A DNA stretch of 64,000 nt. Source: Okamejei kenojei. Taxonomy: Eukaryota. A program made the translations under genes and the position numbers. Below the pieces are notes generated by a model. The model searched no databases and was not told where the DNA came from. It saw only the letters and a list, made by a program, of their open reading frames with translations. Numbering within the stretch: the first letter of the stretch is position 1; each line of letters begins with the position of its first letter. Positions 37,440-50,394 of this stretch are shown piece after piece. The DNA lies in contig CM069160.1 of the NCBI GenBank assembly GCA_035221665.1, positions 34,410,001 through 34,474,000 of the forward strand. The letters run 5' to 3'.

Positions 37440-37940
37440 GTAACACATGAACCGTTTCAGCGCAGTTTTCGCCGCCGCCGGCCCAGAGTTTCACAGAGTG
37501 GAGCAGCAAGTTCCCTTCTTGCAATCGCGGCCGCATCCCGCCCGCCCGTCACAGACTGAACCCGGGAACCTACCGGGGCTGGGACGGAGCCGGACCCCGG
37601 GGGCAGCGGGGGATCCCGTTCACCGAATGCCGCCGGCAAACAGGTGAGTGAGTGATCGCTTTGTCCCAGCGGCTCCGGCGCCGTGAGTTGTCCCGGACCC
37701 CACTCACCTGATCAATCTCCTCCTTGTCCCCGGGGGCCGAGTCTGTCACCGGCGCCCAGCAACAGCGCGGAGTAACCGGCGTCAGAGAGAGCGCTTTCTT
37801 CAGCCTGGAGTCCGGGAATCCCGCAGGGGAACAGCGGCCGCCGGGGAGAGAGGGAGAAATGCGCTCAAGTTTCATAAAATGGAAGCCAGAAATTGGCGGG
37901 GTGGAGAAAGTGAAACCGGCCCGGAGTCTTGCACAACTCT
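37440..37940 (-). promoter_or_regulatory. CpG-rich candidate promoter/first exon with ISRE
   Basis: GAAAGTGAAAC at 37906-37916; GC box at 37895; GGGAATCCC at 37814; TTGCACAA at 37929; minus-strand donor CAG|GTGAGT at about 37708. Confidence 0.5.
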
Positions 37941-38108
37941 GACAGAGTGGCCCAGTATTCAGTTCAGCGCGTCTTCACAGCTGACCCCCCCCCCCCCCCC
38001 CAGCTCCACCTGCCCCTCACTCACTCCCCCCGACCCCCCTCGGACCTCTCTCAGTCCCGGGTCTCCCCCCGACCCCCGGGGACTCTGATTCTCTGCTTCT
38101 CCCCCCAG

Positions 38109-38262
38109 TCTCCGTCACCCTGGATGCAGTGGAAACAGCGGGTCCGCGGCTCGAGGTGTCTGAGGAACAGGGTGAGGCTGACCTGGACCCTGAGGATTCT
38201 CCCTGACACCGGGAAGAGGCTTATAGACTGGCCGTGTGTGCTGGGATCGGAAAGATTCACAG
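38109..38262 (+). pseudogene. Orphan 5' half of a B30.2 exon (frameshifted)
   Basis: ccccccag|SVTLD..ETAGPRLEVSE..LPDTGKRLIDWPCVLGSERFT, ending at a CA repeat and CR1. Confidence 0.8.
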
Positions 38263-38294
38263 ACACAACCACATAAACACACACACACACACAC

Positions 38295-38900
38295 ATCATA
38301 GAAAATAGGTGCAGGAGTAGGCCATTCGGCCCTTCGAGACTGCACCGCCATTCAATATGATCATGGCTGATCATCCAACTCAGTATCCCGTACCTGCCTT
38401 CTCTCCATACCCCCTGATCCCTTTCGCCACATCTAACTCCATCTTAAATATATCCAATGAACTGGCCTCAACTATCTTCTGTGGCAGAGAATTCCACAGA
38501 CTCACCACTCTCTGTGTGAAAAGATATTTTCTCATCTCGGTCCTAAAGGTCTTCTCCCTTATCCTTAAACTGTGACCCCTTGTTCTGGAGTTCCCCAACA
38601 TCGGGAAAAATCTTCCTACATCTAGCCTGTCCAACCCCTTAAGAATTTTGTAAGTCTCTATAAGATGCCCCCTCAATCTTCTAAATTCTAGCGAGTGCAA
38701 GCCGAGTCTATCCAGTCTTTCTTCAAATGAAAATCCTGACATCCTAGGAATCAGTCTGGTGAACCTTCTCTGTACTCCCTCTATGGCAAGAATGTCTTTC
38801 CTCAGATTAGGAGACCAAAACTGTACGCAATACTCCAGGTGTGGCCTCACCAAGACCCTGTACAACTGCAGTAGAACCTCCCTGCTCTTGTACTCAAATC
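38295..38900 (-). mobile_element. CR1 3' fragment
   Basis: [13 protein letters not shown]...[10 protein letters not shown] plus the 3' UTR. Confidence 0.92.
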
Positions 38901-40055
38901 ATGTTTGTATGTATATATGTGTGTATGTGCATGGAAATATGCATGTGCGTGTATGCATGTATATACAGACACACATACACATATATATATACACATATAT
39001 GTACATACATGCATGTGTGTGGTGTATGTATACACCTGCATGTACATATATATGTTTGTGTATATATTTGTGGGTACATATGTGTGTATATATATAATTG
39101 TATGTATGTGTGTGGATCTGTGCATGTGACTGTATATGTGTAAGTGTNNNNNNNNNNNNNNNNNNNNNNNNNNNNNNNNNNNNNNNNNNNNNNNNNNNNN
39201 NNNNNNNNNNNNNNNNNNNNNNNNNNNNNNNNNNNNNNNNNNNNNNNNNNNNNNNNNNNNNNNNNNNNNNNNNNNNNNNNNNNNNNNNNNNNNNNNNNNN
39301 NNNNNNNNNNNNNNNNNNNNNNNNNNNNNNNNNNNNNNNNNNNNNNNNNNNNNNNNNNNNNNNNNNNNNNNNNNNNNNNNNNNNNNNNNNNNNNNNNNNN
39401 NNNNNNNNNNNNNNNNNNNNNNNNNNNNNNNATGCTGGAGTAACTCAGGCAGCATCTCAGGAGAGAAGGAAGGGGTGATGTTTCAGGGTGTGTTCGTGTG
39501 TGTGCGTGTTCGTGTGTGTGTGTGCTCGTTTGTGTGTTTGTGCATGTGTGTTCGTTCCCCCGGGAGGGAAACGGATGGAAGCTGGGAGAGAGCACGGTTG
39601 CAGAGTGGAGGATGCAGCTTCACCTCGCTGCTGTTCCCGGATGGAGTTACCATCGGTGTCCGGAATCTGCCCTCGCCCAGTCTGCAGTCAACCCCAGCTG
39701 AAGCTTTTTGTTTCATCTTCAGAGTCTGAGGATCGATTTCACACCAAAGTGAAACACAGCTGTGACGGCCATTCACTGGAACCCTGACAACCGAGCGTTG
39801 AGAAGATTTACCCATCTTTGGTAATGTTTACCTTTCTTTAGTTCAGAGATACAGCATGGAAACAGGCCTCCGGCCCACCGAGTCCACGCCGACCATCGAT
39901 CGCCCGTCCACACATGCATAATGTTACCCCAGGAGCCGCTGGAAGGTGGAAGCCCCTCGGAGAGTGCTCTTGTTTTCCACTGAAGTTACAGTGGGAATCT
40001 GGGAGAATCCCGCCCGGATTTCCTGACCTGCATCTTACGCTGTTGTTTAACGTAC

Positions 40056-40178
40056 CTTTGATGCGTCTGTTTTGTTTCACGTTCCAATAAAACACAGCAA
40101 CGTGGGCGGCAATGAGAAGACAAACGGTGAGGACCAGCGGCAGGGCCCAGTCAGGAACTCCAGCAGGGAAGATATCAT
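40056..40178 (-). CDS. Orphan transmembrane exon of a divergent BTN/B7-like paralog
   Basis: ctctgcag|AT..AAAG|gtacgt, phase 1-1. DDIFPAGVPDWALPLVLTVCLLIAAHVAVFYWNVKQNRRIK. Confidence 0.65.
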
Positions 40179-40911
40179 CTGCAGAGTGAAGACAGTGAAT
40201 CACGGTGACAGTGACCGACTCACACACACTCAAAAGCACTCACACACGCATCACAGCTGTTATGCCTGTGTATCATATATGCCTGTATATTTAGAATACA
40301 CACATATACATCAGCATGTCTGTGTACAATATAGATACATATACTGGCTGTGATGTCTGGTACTATATGAAATATGTATTTAATGTAAATGCCAGTGCCT
40401 GTGATGCCTGTAAAGTGAAGAGGGAGATGTGATGTCTTGGTACTGTAATATATATATATTGTGTAATCTAAATATATTGTGTAATCTAAATTGGAAACGT
40501 GTGCCTGAGGTCAAGTGACCTTCAAGATAAAACGCAGTGTTTGCAGAATGAACCGGCTCTGACTCGGTGGTGGATGTGTCTGTCTTTGTGCCAGTCACAA
40601 CAGAGCCTTACCTCATCAGCAACCTTTACATTGGTGTAGATAGACTATATTGTACACACAGACATCCTGATATATACTGTATATATTATATATATTTAAT
40701 GGGGTGAGAGAGAGAGAGAGAGAGAGGAGAGAAAAAGAGGAATGAGAGAGTGGGATAGAGCGAGCGAGAGAGAGAGAAAGGAATGAGAGAGGGGAGAATG
40801 CGAGGGAGAGGTAGAGATAGATAGAGAAACAGATAAAGAGAGAGATTGTGTGACATCAGACCGGTCTCTTTACACCAAAGATCCGACAGCTTGCTACAGG
40901 AACTTTGCTTT

Positions 40912-41133
40912 ACTGTCCCCCACACACGGCATCAGCCCTCACGGTCACTACTGTCCCCCACACACGGCATCAGCCTCACGGTCACTACTGTCCCCACACA
41001 CGGCATCAGCCCTCACGGTCACTACTGTCCCCACACACGGCATCAGCCCTCACGGTCACTACTGTCCCCACACACGGCATCAGCCCTCACGGTCACTACT
41101 GTCCCCACACACGGCATCAGCCTCACGGTCACT
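40912..41133 (+). repeat. 35-37 bp minisatellite, 6 units
   Basis: (actgtcccc[c]acacacggcatcagcc[c]tcacggtcact)n. Confidence 0.95.
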
Positions 41134-42242
41134 TCACTCTGTCCGTCCCCGGCTCCAACCATTTGGAATACAACCGCCACCACGTGAGCGCTCGGCCCAG
41201 ATCACGCCCGGTCCACGCGAGAGTTGCAGCCCGACCACCCAGTGTTGCCCAGCAACACGCCTCAGCCCCACACACTCACACACACTCACAGACAGACACA
41301 CATTCACTCACACACACTCACACTAACACAATCACACACACACACTATCACAATCACACTCACACACACTAAACACAATCACACACACTCGCTCACACAG
41401 ACACACACACACTCACACTAACACAATCACACTCACACACACAGACACACACACCCTCAGACANNNNNNNNNNNNNNNNNNNNNNNNNNNNNNNNNNNNN
41501 NNNNNNNNNNNNNNNNNNNNNNNNNNNNNNNNNNNNNNNNNNNNNNNNNNNNNNNNNNNNNNNNNNNNNNNNNNNNNNNNNNNNNNNNNNNNNNNNNNNN
41601 NNNNNNNNNNNNNNNNNNNATGTCTGTGTACAATATAGATACATATACTGTCTGTGATGTCTGGTACTATATGTAATATGTATTTAATGTAAATGCCAGT
41701 GCCTGTGATGTCTGTAAAGTGAAGAGGGAGATGTGATGTCTTGGTAATGTAATATATATATATTGTGTAATCTAAATATATCGTGTAATCTAAATTGGAA
41801 ACTCGTGCCTGAGGTCAGGTGACCTTCAAGATAAAAAGCAGTGTTTGCAGAATGAACCGGCTCTGACTCGGTGGTGGACGTGTCTTTCTTTGTGCCAGTC
41901 ACAACAGAGCCTTACCTCATCAGCAACCTTTACATTGGTGTAGATAGACTATATTGTACACACAGACATCCTGATAGATACTGTATATATTATATATATT
42001 TAATGATGGGGGGGGGGGGGGGGGGGGGGGGTGTGAGAGCGAGGAGAGAAATGAGAGAGAGAGAAAAAGAGGAATGAGAGAGTGGGATAGAGCGAGCGAG
42101 AGAGAGAGAAAGGAATGAGAGAGGAGAGAATGCGAGAGAGAGGTAGAGATAGATAGAGAGACAGATATAGAGAGAGATTGTGTGACATCAGACCGGTCTC
42201 TTTACACTAAAGATCCTACAGCTTGCTACAGGAACTTTGCTT

Positions 42243-42646
42243 TACTGTCCCCACACACGGCATCAGCCTCACGGTCACTACTGTCCCCACACACGGCATC
42301 AGCCTCACGGTCACTACTGTCCCCCACACACGGCATCAGCCTCACGGTCACTACTGTCCCCCACACACGGCATCAGCCTCACGGTCACTACTGTCCCCAC
42401 ACACGGCATCAGCCTCACGGTCACTACTGTCCCCCACACACGGCATCAGCCTCACGGTCACTACTGTCCCCACACACGGCATCAGCCCTCACGGTCACTA
42501 CTGTCCCCCACACACGGCATCAGCCCTCACGGTCACTACTGTCCCCACACACGGCATCAGCCTCACGGTCACTACTGTCCCCCACACACGGCATCAGCCT
42601 CACGGTCACTACTGTCCCCCACACACGGCATCAGCCTCACGGTCAC
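42243..42646 (+). repeat. Same minisatellite, 11 units, within a duplicate block (40313-41250 vs 41620-42777)
   Basis: Direct repeat of the flanks with a different unit count. Confidence 0.95.
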
Positions 42647-43536
42647 TTCACTCTGTCCGTCCCCGGCTCCAACCGCCAACCGTTTGAATTCCAACCGCCG
42701 CCCCCTGACCACGTGACCGCTCGGCCCAGATCACGCCCGGTCCACGCGAGAGTTGCAGCCCGAACACCCAGTGTTGCNNNNNNNNNNNNNNNNNNNNNNN
42801 NNNNNNNNNNNNNNNNNNNNNNNNNNNNNNNNNNNNNNNNNNNNNNNNNNNNNNNNNNNNNNNNNNNNNNNNNNNNNNNNNNNNNNNNNNNNNNNNNNNN
42901 NNNNNNNNNNNNNNNNNNNNNNNNNNNNNNNNNNNNNNNNNNNNNNNNNNNTCAACATAAAACATCCCCCCACAGCAGGATCAAAGTTTCCCACTGTGAG
43001 GGAAGGCACCAAAGTCAGTCTCTTCCCCTGATGTTCCCCACTGTTCCCCCGTGGTCGGGGCCTCCCCGAGCCCCCTGCAGTCGCCACTACGGGCGGCCCG
43101 ATGTTCAGGCCCCCTCGCCGGGGTGATGTAAGTCCGACGTCGGGGCTGGGAGATGTCCTCAGCGGCCTGGACCTCGAGTCGGCCCCCTCCTACCGGAGTC
43201 CGCGGCTCCCAATGTCCGCAGGCCGCACCGGGTGGAGATACAACGCTGGAGGCCCTCGGCAATGGGCCCCAGGACTCATGGAGTTCAGCGCCGCCCGCGT
43301 TGGGAGCTCTCCCAACCAGAGCTCCATGATGTTGGAGCAGCGGCCCAACGCTGCGGAGCTCCAACGGCGACCCAGGTAGGGATCGCCCGTCCCGCGGTGA
43401 CTCCTGCGCTGCCGCTGTTGCAGCTCTGGTCCGGTTCCCGGTCCCCGGCAGGAAAGGCCGCTCCGATCCAGGAGGTGGGGGGGCGAGGTGGGGGGCGAGG
43501 ATGCGAATCAGAGAAATAGTCGTGTCCCCGCCCCTA

Positions 43537-45175
43537 GTGACAAATGTGAGGTTATCCACTTTGGCGGCAAAAACAAGGGGACAGATTATTATCTCAATGG
43601 GGTTAGGTTAGGTAAGGGGGAGGTGCAGCGAGACCTGCGTGTCCTTGTACACCAGTCACTGAAAGTTGGCGAGCAGGTACAGCAGGCGGTGCAGAAAGTT
43701 AATGGAATGTTGGCCTTCATAACAAGACAATTTCAGTATAGGAGTAAAGAGCTTCTTCTGCAGTCATATAGGGCTCTGGTGAGACCACATCTGGAGTATT
43801 GTGTACAGTTTTGGAGTCCTAATTTGAGGAAGGACATCCTTGTGATTGAGGCAGTGCAGCGTAGGTCCACGTGATTGATCCCTGGGATGGCGGGACTGTT
43901 ATATGAGGAAAGATTGAAAAGGCTGGGCTTGTATTCACTGAAGTTTAGATGTATGAGTGGGGATCTTATAGAAACATATAAAATTATAAAAAGGAGTGGA
44001 CAAGCTAGATGCAGGAAAAATAGGGGGGGGTTGCAAGTAAGGTCACTGGGTCATAGGGTTTGACGCATGGAGCCGCTCAATCCATCTGGAGGACATCGCA
44101 GCTTCCGGTATATGTTGTTAATACACGAAACGTGTGATTTCTTACCTGTTAAAAACCAACAATATTGGATTTTTGGGCTGTAAAAAATTGTGGAAATCGG
44201 GGTAAGCGTGACATACATGTACCCAACTTCAGAATCCCAAACGTGAAGCGGAATGAAGGTAAAGAGAGGCGAGAGCTGAAGGGACAACAACAGCTATAGT
44301 GCTTGGCGAACAGATATCGAAATTGAAAATATTGGGAATGATCGCCTTTGCTCGCTGCATTTCATCAACAGGAAGGCATTATTTGTGTTTTTTCTTGATT
44401 CCTTTGGTATCTAAAAAGTCTCAGAAGTGATAAATCTGGCTGTAAATTTTGCTTCAGAGATGTTTTCTTTTTATACGTAAAAACCCACTTGAGAGCCATG
44501 GGCGATTTTAAAATTTTACAGCCAGATTTATCACTTCTGAAACTTTTAAGATGCCAAAGAAATCAAGAAAAAACCCACAAATAATGCCTTACTGTTGATG
44601 AAATGCAGTGAGCAAACGGCCAATGTTCGCCAAGCACTCTGGCTGTTGTTGTCCCTTCAGCTCTCGCTTCTATCTACCATCATTTCTCCTCACATTTGGA
44701 ATTCTGAAGTAGGCTAAATGTCTCTCACGCTTATCCCGATTTCCATAATTATTTACACCGCAAACATTGACCATTTCGGTGGGCTTTAAAGGGCTTTAGC
44801 AACAGTACGGGTCATGGGTCATCATCCGACTGATGTGCAACCTCCCTATGTTCCCAATGTTGGGCGAGTCCAGAACCAGGGGCCACAGTCTTAGAATAAA
44901 CGGGAGGACATTTAAGACTGAGGTGAGGAAAAACTTTTTCACCCAGAGAGTTGTGAATTTGTGGAATTCCCTGCCACAGAGGGCAGAGGAGGCCAAGTCA
45001 CTGGATGGATTTAAGAGGGAGTTAGATAGAGCTCTAGAAGCTAGTGGAATCAAGGGATTTGGGGAGAAGGTAGGCACGGGTTATTGATTGGGGACGATCA
45101 GCCATGATCACATTGAATGGCGGTGCTGGCTCGAAGGGCCGATTGGCCTCCTGCATGTATTTTCTATGTTTCTAT
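43537..45175 (+). mobile_element. CR1 3' fragment interrupted by a MITE
   Basis: [15 protein letters not shown]|MFPMLGESRTRGH rejoins across 44021-44848. Confidence 0.9.
44021..44848. mobile_element. Fold-back MITE / non-autonomous DNA transposon
   Basis: Termini TAGGGGGGGGTTGCA and TGCAACCTCCCTA. Internal inverted arms at about 44170-44450 and 44511-44770. Confidence 0.8.
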
Positions 45176-45512
45176 GTGACAGACCCGGCCCCGCGCACCA
45201 ACCCTGTCACGTTACAGACCCGGTCTCTGACGTGGGTTCTGTCATACACCGATTAGCCACTAGCTGCCGCTACAGGGTGACGTTTCGGTTCGAGATCCTT
45301 CAGACTGAGAATCGTGGGAGATGGAGTCAGCGACATGGAAGGGTAAGGTGTGAAGAAGAGAAATCAAAGTCTGTGGAATTCTCTGCCTCAGATGGCGGTG
45401 GAGGCCGGTTCTTTGGATACTTTCAAGAGAGAGCTAAATAGGGCTCTTATGGAAGTATAGAGAGCTAAATAGCAGAGTCAGGGGATATGGGGAGAAGGCA
45501 TGAATTGGGTAC

Positions 45513-48500
45513 TAGAAACATAGAAACATAGAAATTAGGTGCAGGAGCAGGCCATTCGGCCCTTCGAGCCTGCACCGCCATTCAATATGATCATGGCTGA
45601 TCATCCAACTCAGTATCCTGTACCTGCCTTCTCTCCATACCCCCTGATCCCTTCGGCCACAAGGACCACATCCAACTCCCTCTTAAATATGGCCAACGAA
45701 CTGGCCTCAACTACCTTCTGTGGCAGAGAATTCCACAGATTCACCACTCTCTGTGTGAAAAACGATTTTCTCATCTCGGTCCTAAAAGACTTCCCCCTTA
45801 TCCTTAAACTGTGACCCCTTGTCCTGGACTTCCCCAACATCGGGAACAATCTTCCTGCATCTAGCCTGTCCAACCCCTTAAGAATTTTGTAAGTCTCTAT
45901 GAGATCACCCCTCAATCTTCTAAATTCCAGCGAGTAAAAAGCCAAGTCTATCCAGTCTTTCTTCATATGGAAGTCGTGCCATCCCAGGAATCAGTCTGGT
46001 GAACCTTCTCTGTACTCCCTCTATGGCAAGAATGTCTTTCCTCAGATTAGGAGACCAAAACTGTACGCAATACTCCAGGTGTGGCCTCACCAAGACCCTG
46101 TACAACTGCAGTAGAACCTCCCTGCTCTTGTACTCAAATCCTTTTGCTATGAATGCCAACATACCATTCGCTTTCTTCACAGCCTGCTGCACCTGCATGC
46201 CTACTTCCAATGGGTGTACCATGACACCCAGGTCTCGCTGCATCTCCCCTTTTCCTAATCGGTCACCTTTCAAATAATAGTCTACCTTCCTGTTTTTGCC
46301 ACCAAAGTGGATAACCTCACATTTATCCACATTATACTGCATCTGCCATGCATTTGCCCACTCACCCAGTCTATCCAAGTCATCCTGCAGCCTCCTAGCA
46401 TCCTCCTCACAGTTAACACTGCCCCCCAGCTTCGTGTCATCCGCAAACTTCGAGATGTTGCATTTAATTCCCTCATCCAAATCATTCATGTAAATTGTAA
46501 ATAGCTGGGGTCCCAGCACTGAGCCTTGTGGCACCCCACTAGTCACTGTCTGCCATCGTGAAAAGGACCCGTTCACTCCTACTCTTTGCTTCCTGTCTGC
46601 CAGCCAGTTCTCTATCCACATCAATACTGAACCACCAATACCGTGTGCTTTAAGTTTGTATACCAATCTCTTGTGTGGGACCTTGTCGAAAGCCTTCTGA
46701 AAGTCCAGATACAACACATCCACTGCTTCTCCCTTATCCACTCTACTTGTTACATCCTCAAAAAATTCAATATGATACGTCAGACATGACTTACCCTTCG
46801 TAAATCCATGCTGACTATGTCCAATGATTTCACCACTTTCCAAATGCGCTGCTATCCCATCTTTAATAATTGACTCTAGCAGTTTCCCCACTACCGATGT
46901 TAGACTAACTGGTCTGTAATTCCCCGTTTTCTCTCTCCTTCCCTTTTTAAAAAGTGGGGTTACATTAGCTACCCTCCAATCCTCAGGAACTACTCCAGAA
47001 TCTAAAGAGTTTTGAAAAATTATCACTAAGGCATCTGCTATTTCTGGCGCTACTTCCTTAAGTACCCTGGGATGCAGCCTATCTGGCCCTGGGGATTTAT
47101 CGGCCTTTAATCCATTCAATTTACCCAATACCACTTTCTGGCTAACCTGGATTTCACTCATTTCCTCCATCTCATTTGACCCGCGATCCCCTGCTATTTC
47201 CGGCAAATTATTTATGTCTTCCTTAGTGAAGACAGAACCAAAGTAGTTATTCAATTGATCTGCCATGTCCTTGTTCCCCATGATCAATTCACCCGATTCT
47301 GACTGCAAGGGACCTACATTTGTTTTAACTAATCTTTTGCGCTTCACATATCGATTAAACACTTTTGCAGTCAGTTTTTATGTTTCCTGCCAGTTTTCTT
47401 TCATACTCATTCCTAATCAAGCCCTTTGTCCTCCTCTGTTGGTCTCTGAATTTCTCCCAGTCCCCTGGTAGGCTGCTTTTTCTGGCTAATTTGTACGCTT
47501 CATCTTTTTCTTTGATACTATCCCTGATTTCCCTCGTTATCCACGGATGTGCCACCTTCCCTGATTTATTCTTTTGCCATACTGGGATGAACAATTGTTG
47601 TAGTTCATCCACGCAGTCTTTAAATGCCTTCCATTGCATATCCACCGTCAACCCTTCAAGAATCAATTGCCAGTCCATCTTGGCCAATTCACGTCTCATA
47701 CCCTCAAAGTTACTTTTCTTTAAGTTCAGGACCCGTGTTTCTGAATTAACAATGTCACTCTCCATCCTAATGAAGAACTCAACCATATTACGGTCATTCT
47801 TGCCCAAGGGGCCACGTACAACAAGGCTGCTAACTAACCCTTCCTCATTACTCAATATCCAGTCTAGAATAGCCTGTTCTCTCGTTGGTTCCTCTACATG
47901 TTGGTTTAGAAAACTATCCCGCATATATTCCATGAAATCCTCTTCCTCAGCACCCCTGCCAATTTGATTCACCCAATCTATATGTAGATTGAAGTCACCC
48001 ATTATACCTTCGTTGCACGCATTTCTAATTTCCTGTTTGATGCCATCCCCAACTTCACTACTACTGTTAGGTGGCCTGTACACAACACCCACTAGCGTTT
48101 TCTGCCCCTTAGTGTTTCGCAGCTCCACCCATATCGATTCCACATCCACCAAGCTAATGTCATTCCTTTCTATTGCGTTAATCTCCTCTCTAACCAGCAA
48201 CGCTACCCCACCTCCTTTTCCTCTCTGTCTATCCTTCCTGAATATTGAATATCCCTGGATGTTCAGCTCCCAGCCTTGGTCACCCTGGAGCCATGTCTCC
48301 GTGATCCCAACTATATCATAATTATTAATAGCTATCTGCACATTCAACTCATCCACCTTATTATGAATGCTCCTCACATTGAGACACAAAGCCTTCAGGC
48401 TTGTTTCTACAACACTCTTAGCCCTTTTACAATTATGTTGAAAAGTGGCCCTTTTAGATTTTTGCCCTGGATTTGTTTTCCTGCCACTTTTCACCTCGCT

Positions 48501-49557
48501 ACCTATTGTTCCTATCTTCATTTTACACCCCTCTGTCTCTCTACTCACACATTTAAGAAGCCCTCCACTTCTTATTCTCCGTTCGTTATTTTTTTCTTCT
48601 TTCCTCCCTACGTGTTGCGTCTGACTGCTTCTCTTCTCTGCCGCCTGCCTCACAAACGGACTACTTGCCTTCTCTATTTGAGTCCCTCCCCCCAACCGAT
48701 CTAGTTTAAAGTCTCCCCAGTAGCCTTTGCAAATCTCCCCGCCAGGATATTGGTTCCCGTCGGGTTCAAGTGCAACCCGTCCTTTTTGTGCAGGTCACAC
48801 CTTCCCCAAAAGAGGTCCCAATGATCCAGAAATTTGAATCTCTGCGCTCTGCACCAGTCCTTTAGCCATGCATTTATCCTCAACCTTGCTCCATTCCTAC
48901 TCTCACTGTCGCGGGGCACAGGCAATAATCCTGAGATTGTAACCTTTGCGGTTCTTCTCCTTAACACTCTTCCTAACTCCCTAAATTCTCCTTTCAGGAC
49001 CTCCTCTCTTTTTCTACCTATGTCATTGGTACCTATATGTACCACGACCTCAGGCTCCTCTCCCTCCCATTTCAAGATATCTTGGACACATTCAGTCACA
49101 TCCCGGACCCTGGCACCAGGGAGGCAAACTACCATCCGGGTCTCCTGACTGCATCCACAGAATCACCTATCTGACCCCCTAACTATGGAGTCCCCTATTA
49201 CTGCTGCCCTCCTCTTCTTTTCCTTACCCTTCTGAGCAACAGGGCTGGTCTTTGTACCGGAGGCCCAGTCGCTGTTGCTACCCCCAGGTAGGCTGTGCCC
49301 CCCATCAGTACTCAAACAGGAGTACTTATTGCCAAGGTGCACAGCCACCGGGGTACTCTCTAGTCCCTGCCTCTGCCCCTTGCCTCTCTTAACCGTGACC
49401 CACTTTTCTGCCTCCTGTGGTTTTGGAGTGACCACCTGTCTGTAGCTCCTCTCTATGGCTTCCTCACTCTCCCTGACCAGACGGAGGTCATCGAGCTGCT
49501 GCTCCAGGTACCGAATACGGTCCATTTGGAGCACCATCTTGACGCACCTGGCGCAGA
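45513..49557 (-). mobile_element. Near-full-length CR1 LINE (ORF1 and ORF2, a few frameshifts)
   Basis: ORF1 VIGDSIVR/VHIGTND (SGNH esterase); endonuclease GITETWL/MGDFN; 480-aa RT ORF; (TTTCTATG)n tail. Confidence 0.95.
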
Positions 49558-50394
49558 TTGTAGCAATTTTACAAAATTTTGAGATTTTAAAAATCAAGTC
49601 TGCAATGTATCCCATCAGATAAAGCATAAAAAGAAGTTTAATTTGACATCTAATTCCCTTTCAAATCTTCAGTATTAAAAAAGTTACGGCCATTTTCATA
49701 CTTGGAAATTAGCATCCCTATTGCTTTTCCATTGACTTAACACAAAAGTTGTGATCGAGGACAGTCAAAAGCCCATAACATTCTTTAAAATTAAGAGAAC
49801 TGAAAGACATTTTCCGTTATTACAGATTGACCTGAAATTAAAGCATATAATTAGTTAGTTACCCAATTGTAGCTAATTACAAAATTCAATTACTAGATCT
49901 AAACATCTATCCATTTCTTAAGAAAATATTAACATTTTTTTAAAAAGCCTAAGTGTCCAAATAACATTCACACAAGAATTCACAATATAACATGATTTTT
50001 AAATCTCATTGTTATGAATTTATAGGCCAAATTGAAGGAATTTAGTTTTTAATGCCCATAAATGAATGGCCATTTTATTCATCTTTCAAGTGGGAATTTC
50101 TGGAACGGGATGGATTGGAACATTGTGGTTGTGGTGAATTTAAACCCCATATCGGCAGGAAAAATACTGCCGGCTCATATGGGGAATAAATCAACGTTTG
50201 GCAACATGAAATGTTGATTAAGGACATCTTAACAAGCAAGTTTATATGTAAAAATAAACAGCTTTTCTTTACCTGTCCCCTACGTAAAATCAATCCCCGT
50301 TGTCGGCGTTCACGGCATTAGAAGCTAACTTTTATTTTACTCCAGCGCTCAAATAGTCAGGCGATTAAAAAAAATTTTCAGATACCGGCAGTCG

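Noticed and set aside
38841-39729. Cys/Val/Tyr- or His/Thr-rich ORFs
   Set aside because: They are translations of (TG)/(TA) microsatellites and N gaps.
40912-42646. CRISPR-like or coding repeat array (35-37 bp units, repetitive ORFs)
   Set aside because: Units are head-to-tail with no unique spacers, there are no cas genes and the context is eukaryotic. It is a minisatellite.
49557-50392. AT-rich segment truncating the copy 3 IgC exon, possibly a DNA transposon piece
   Set aside because: No termini, TSD or ORF could be defined from this window.
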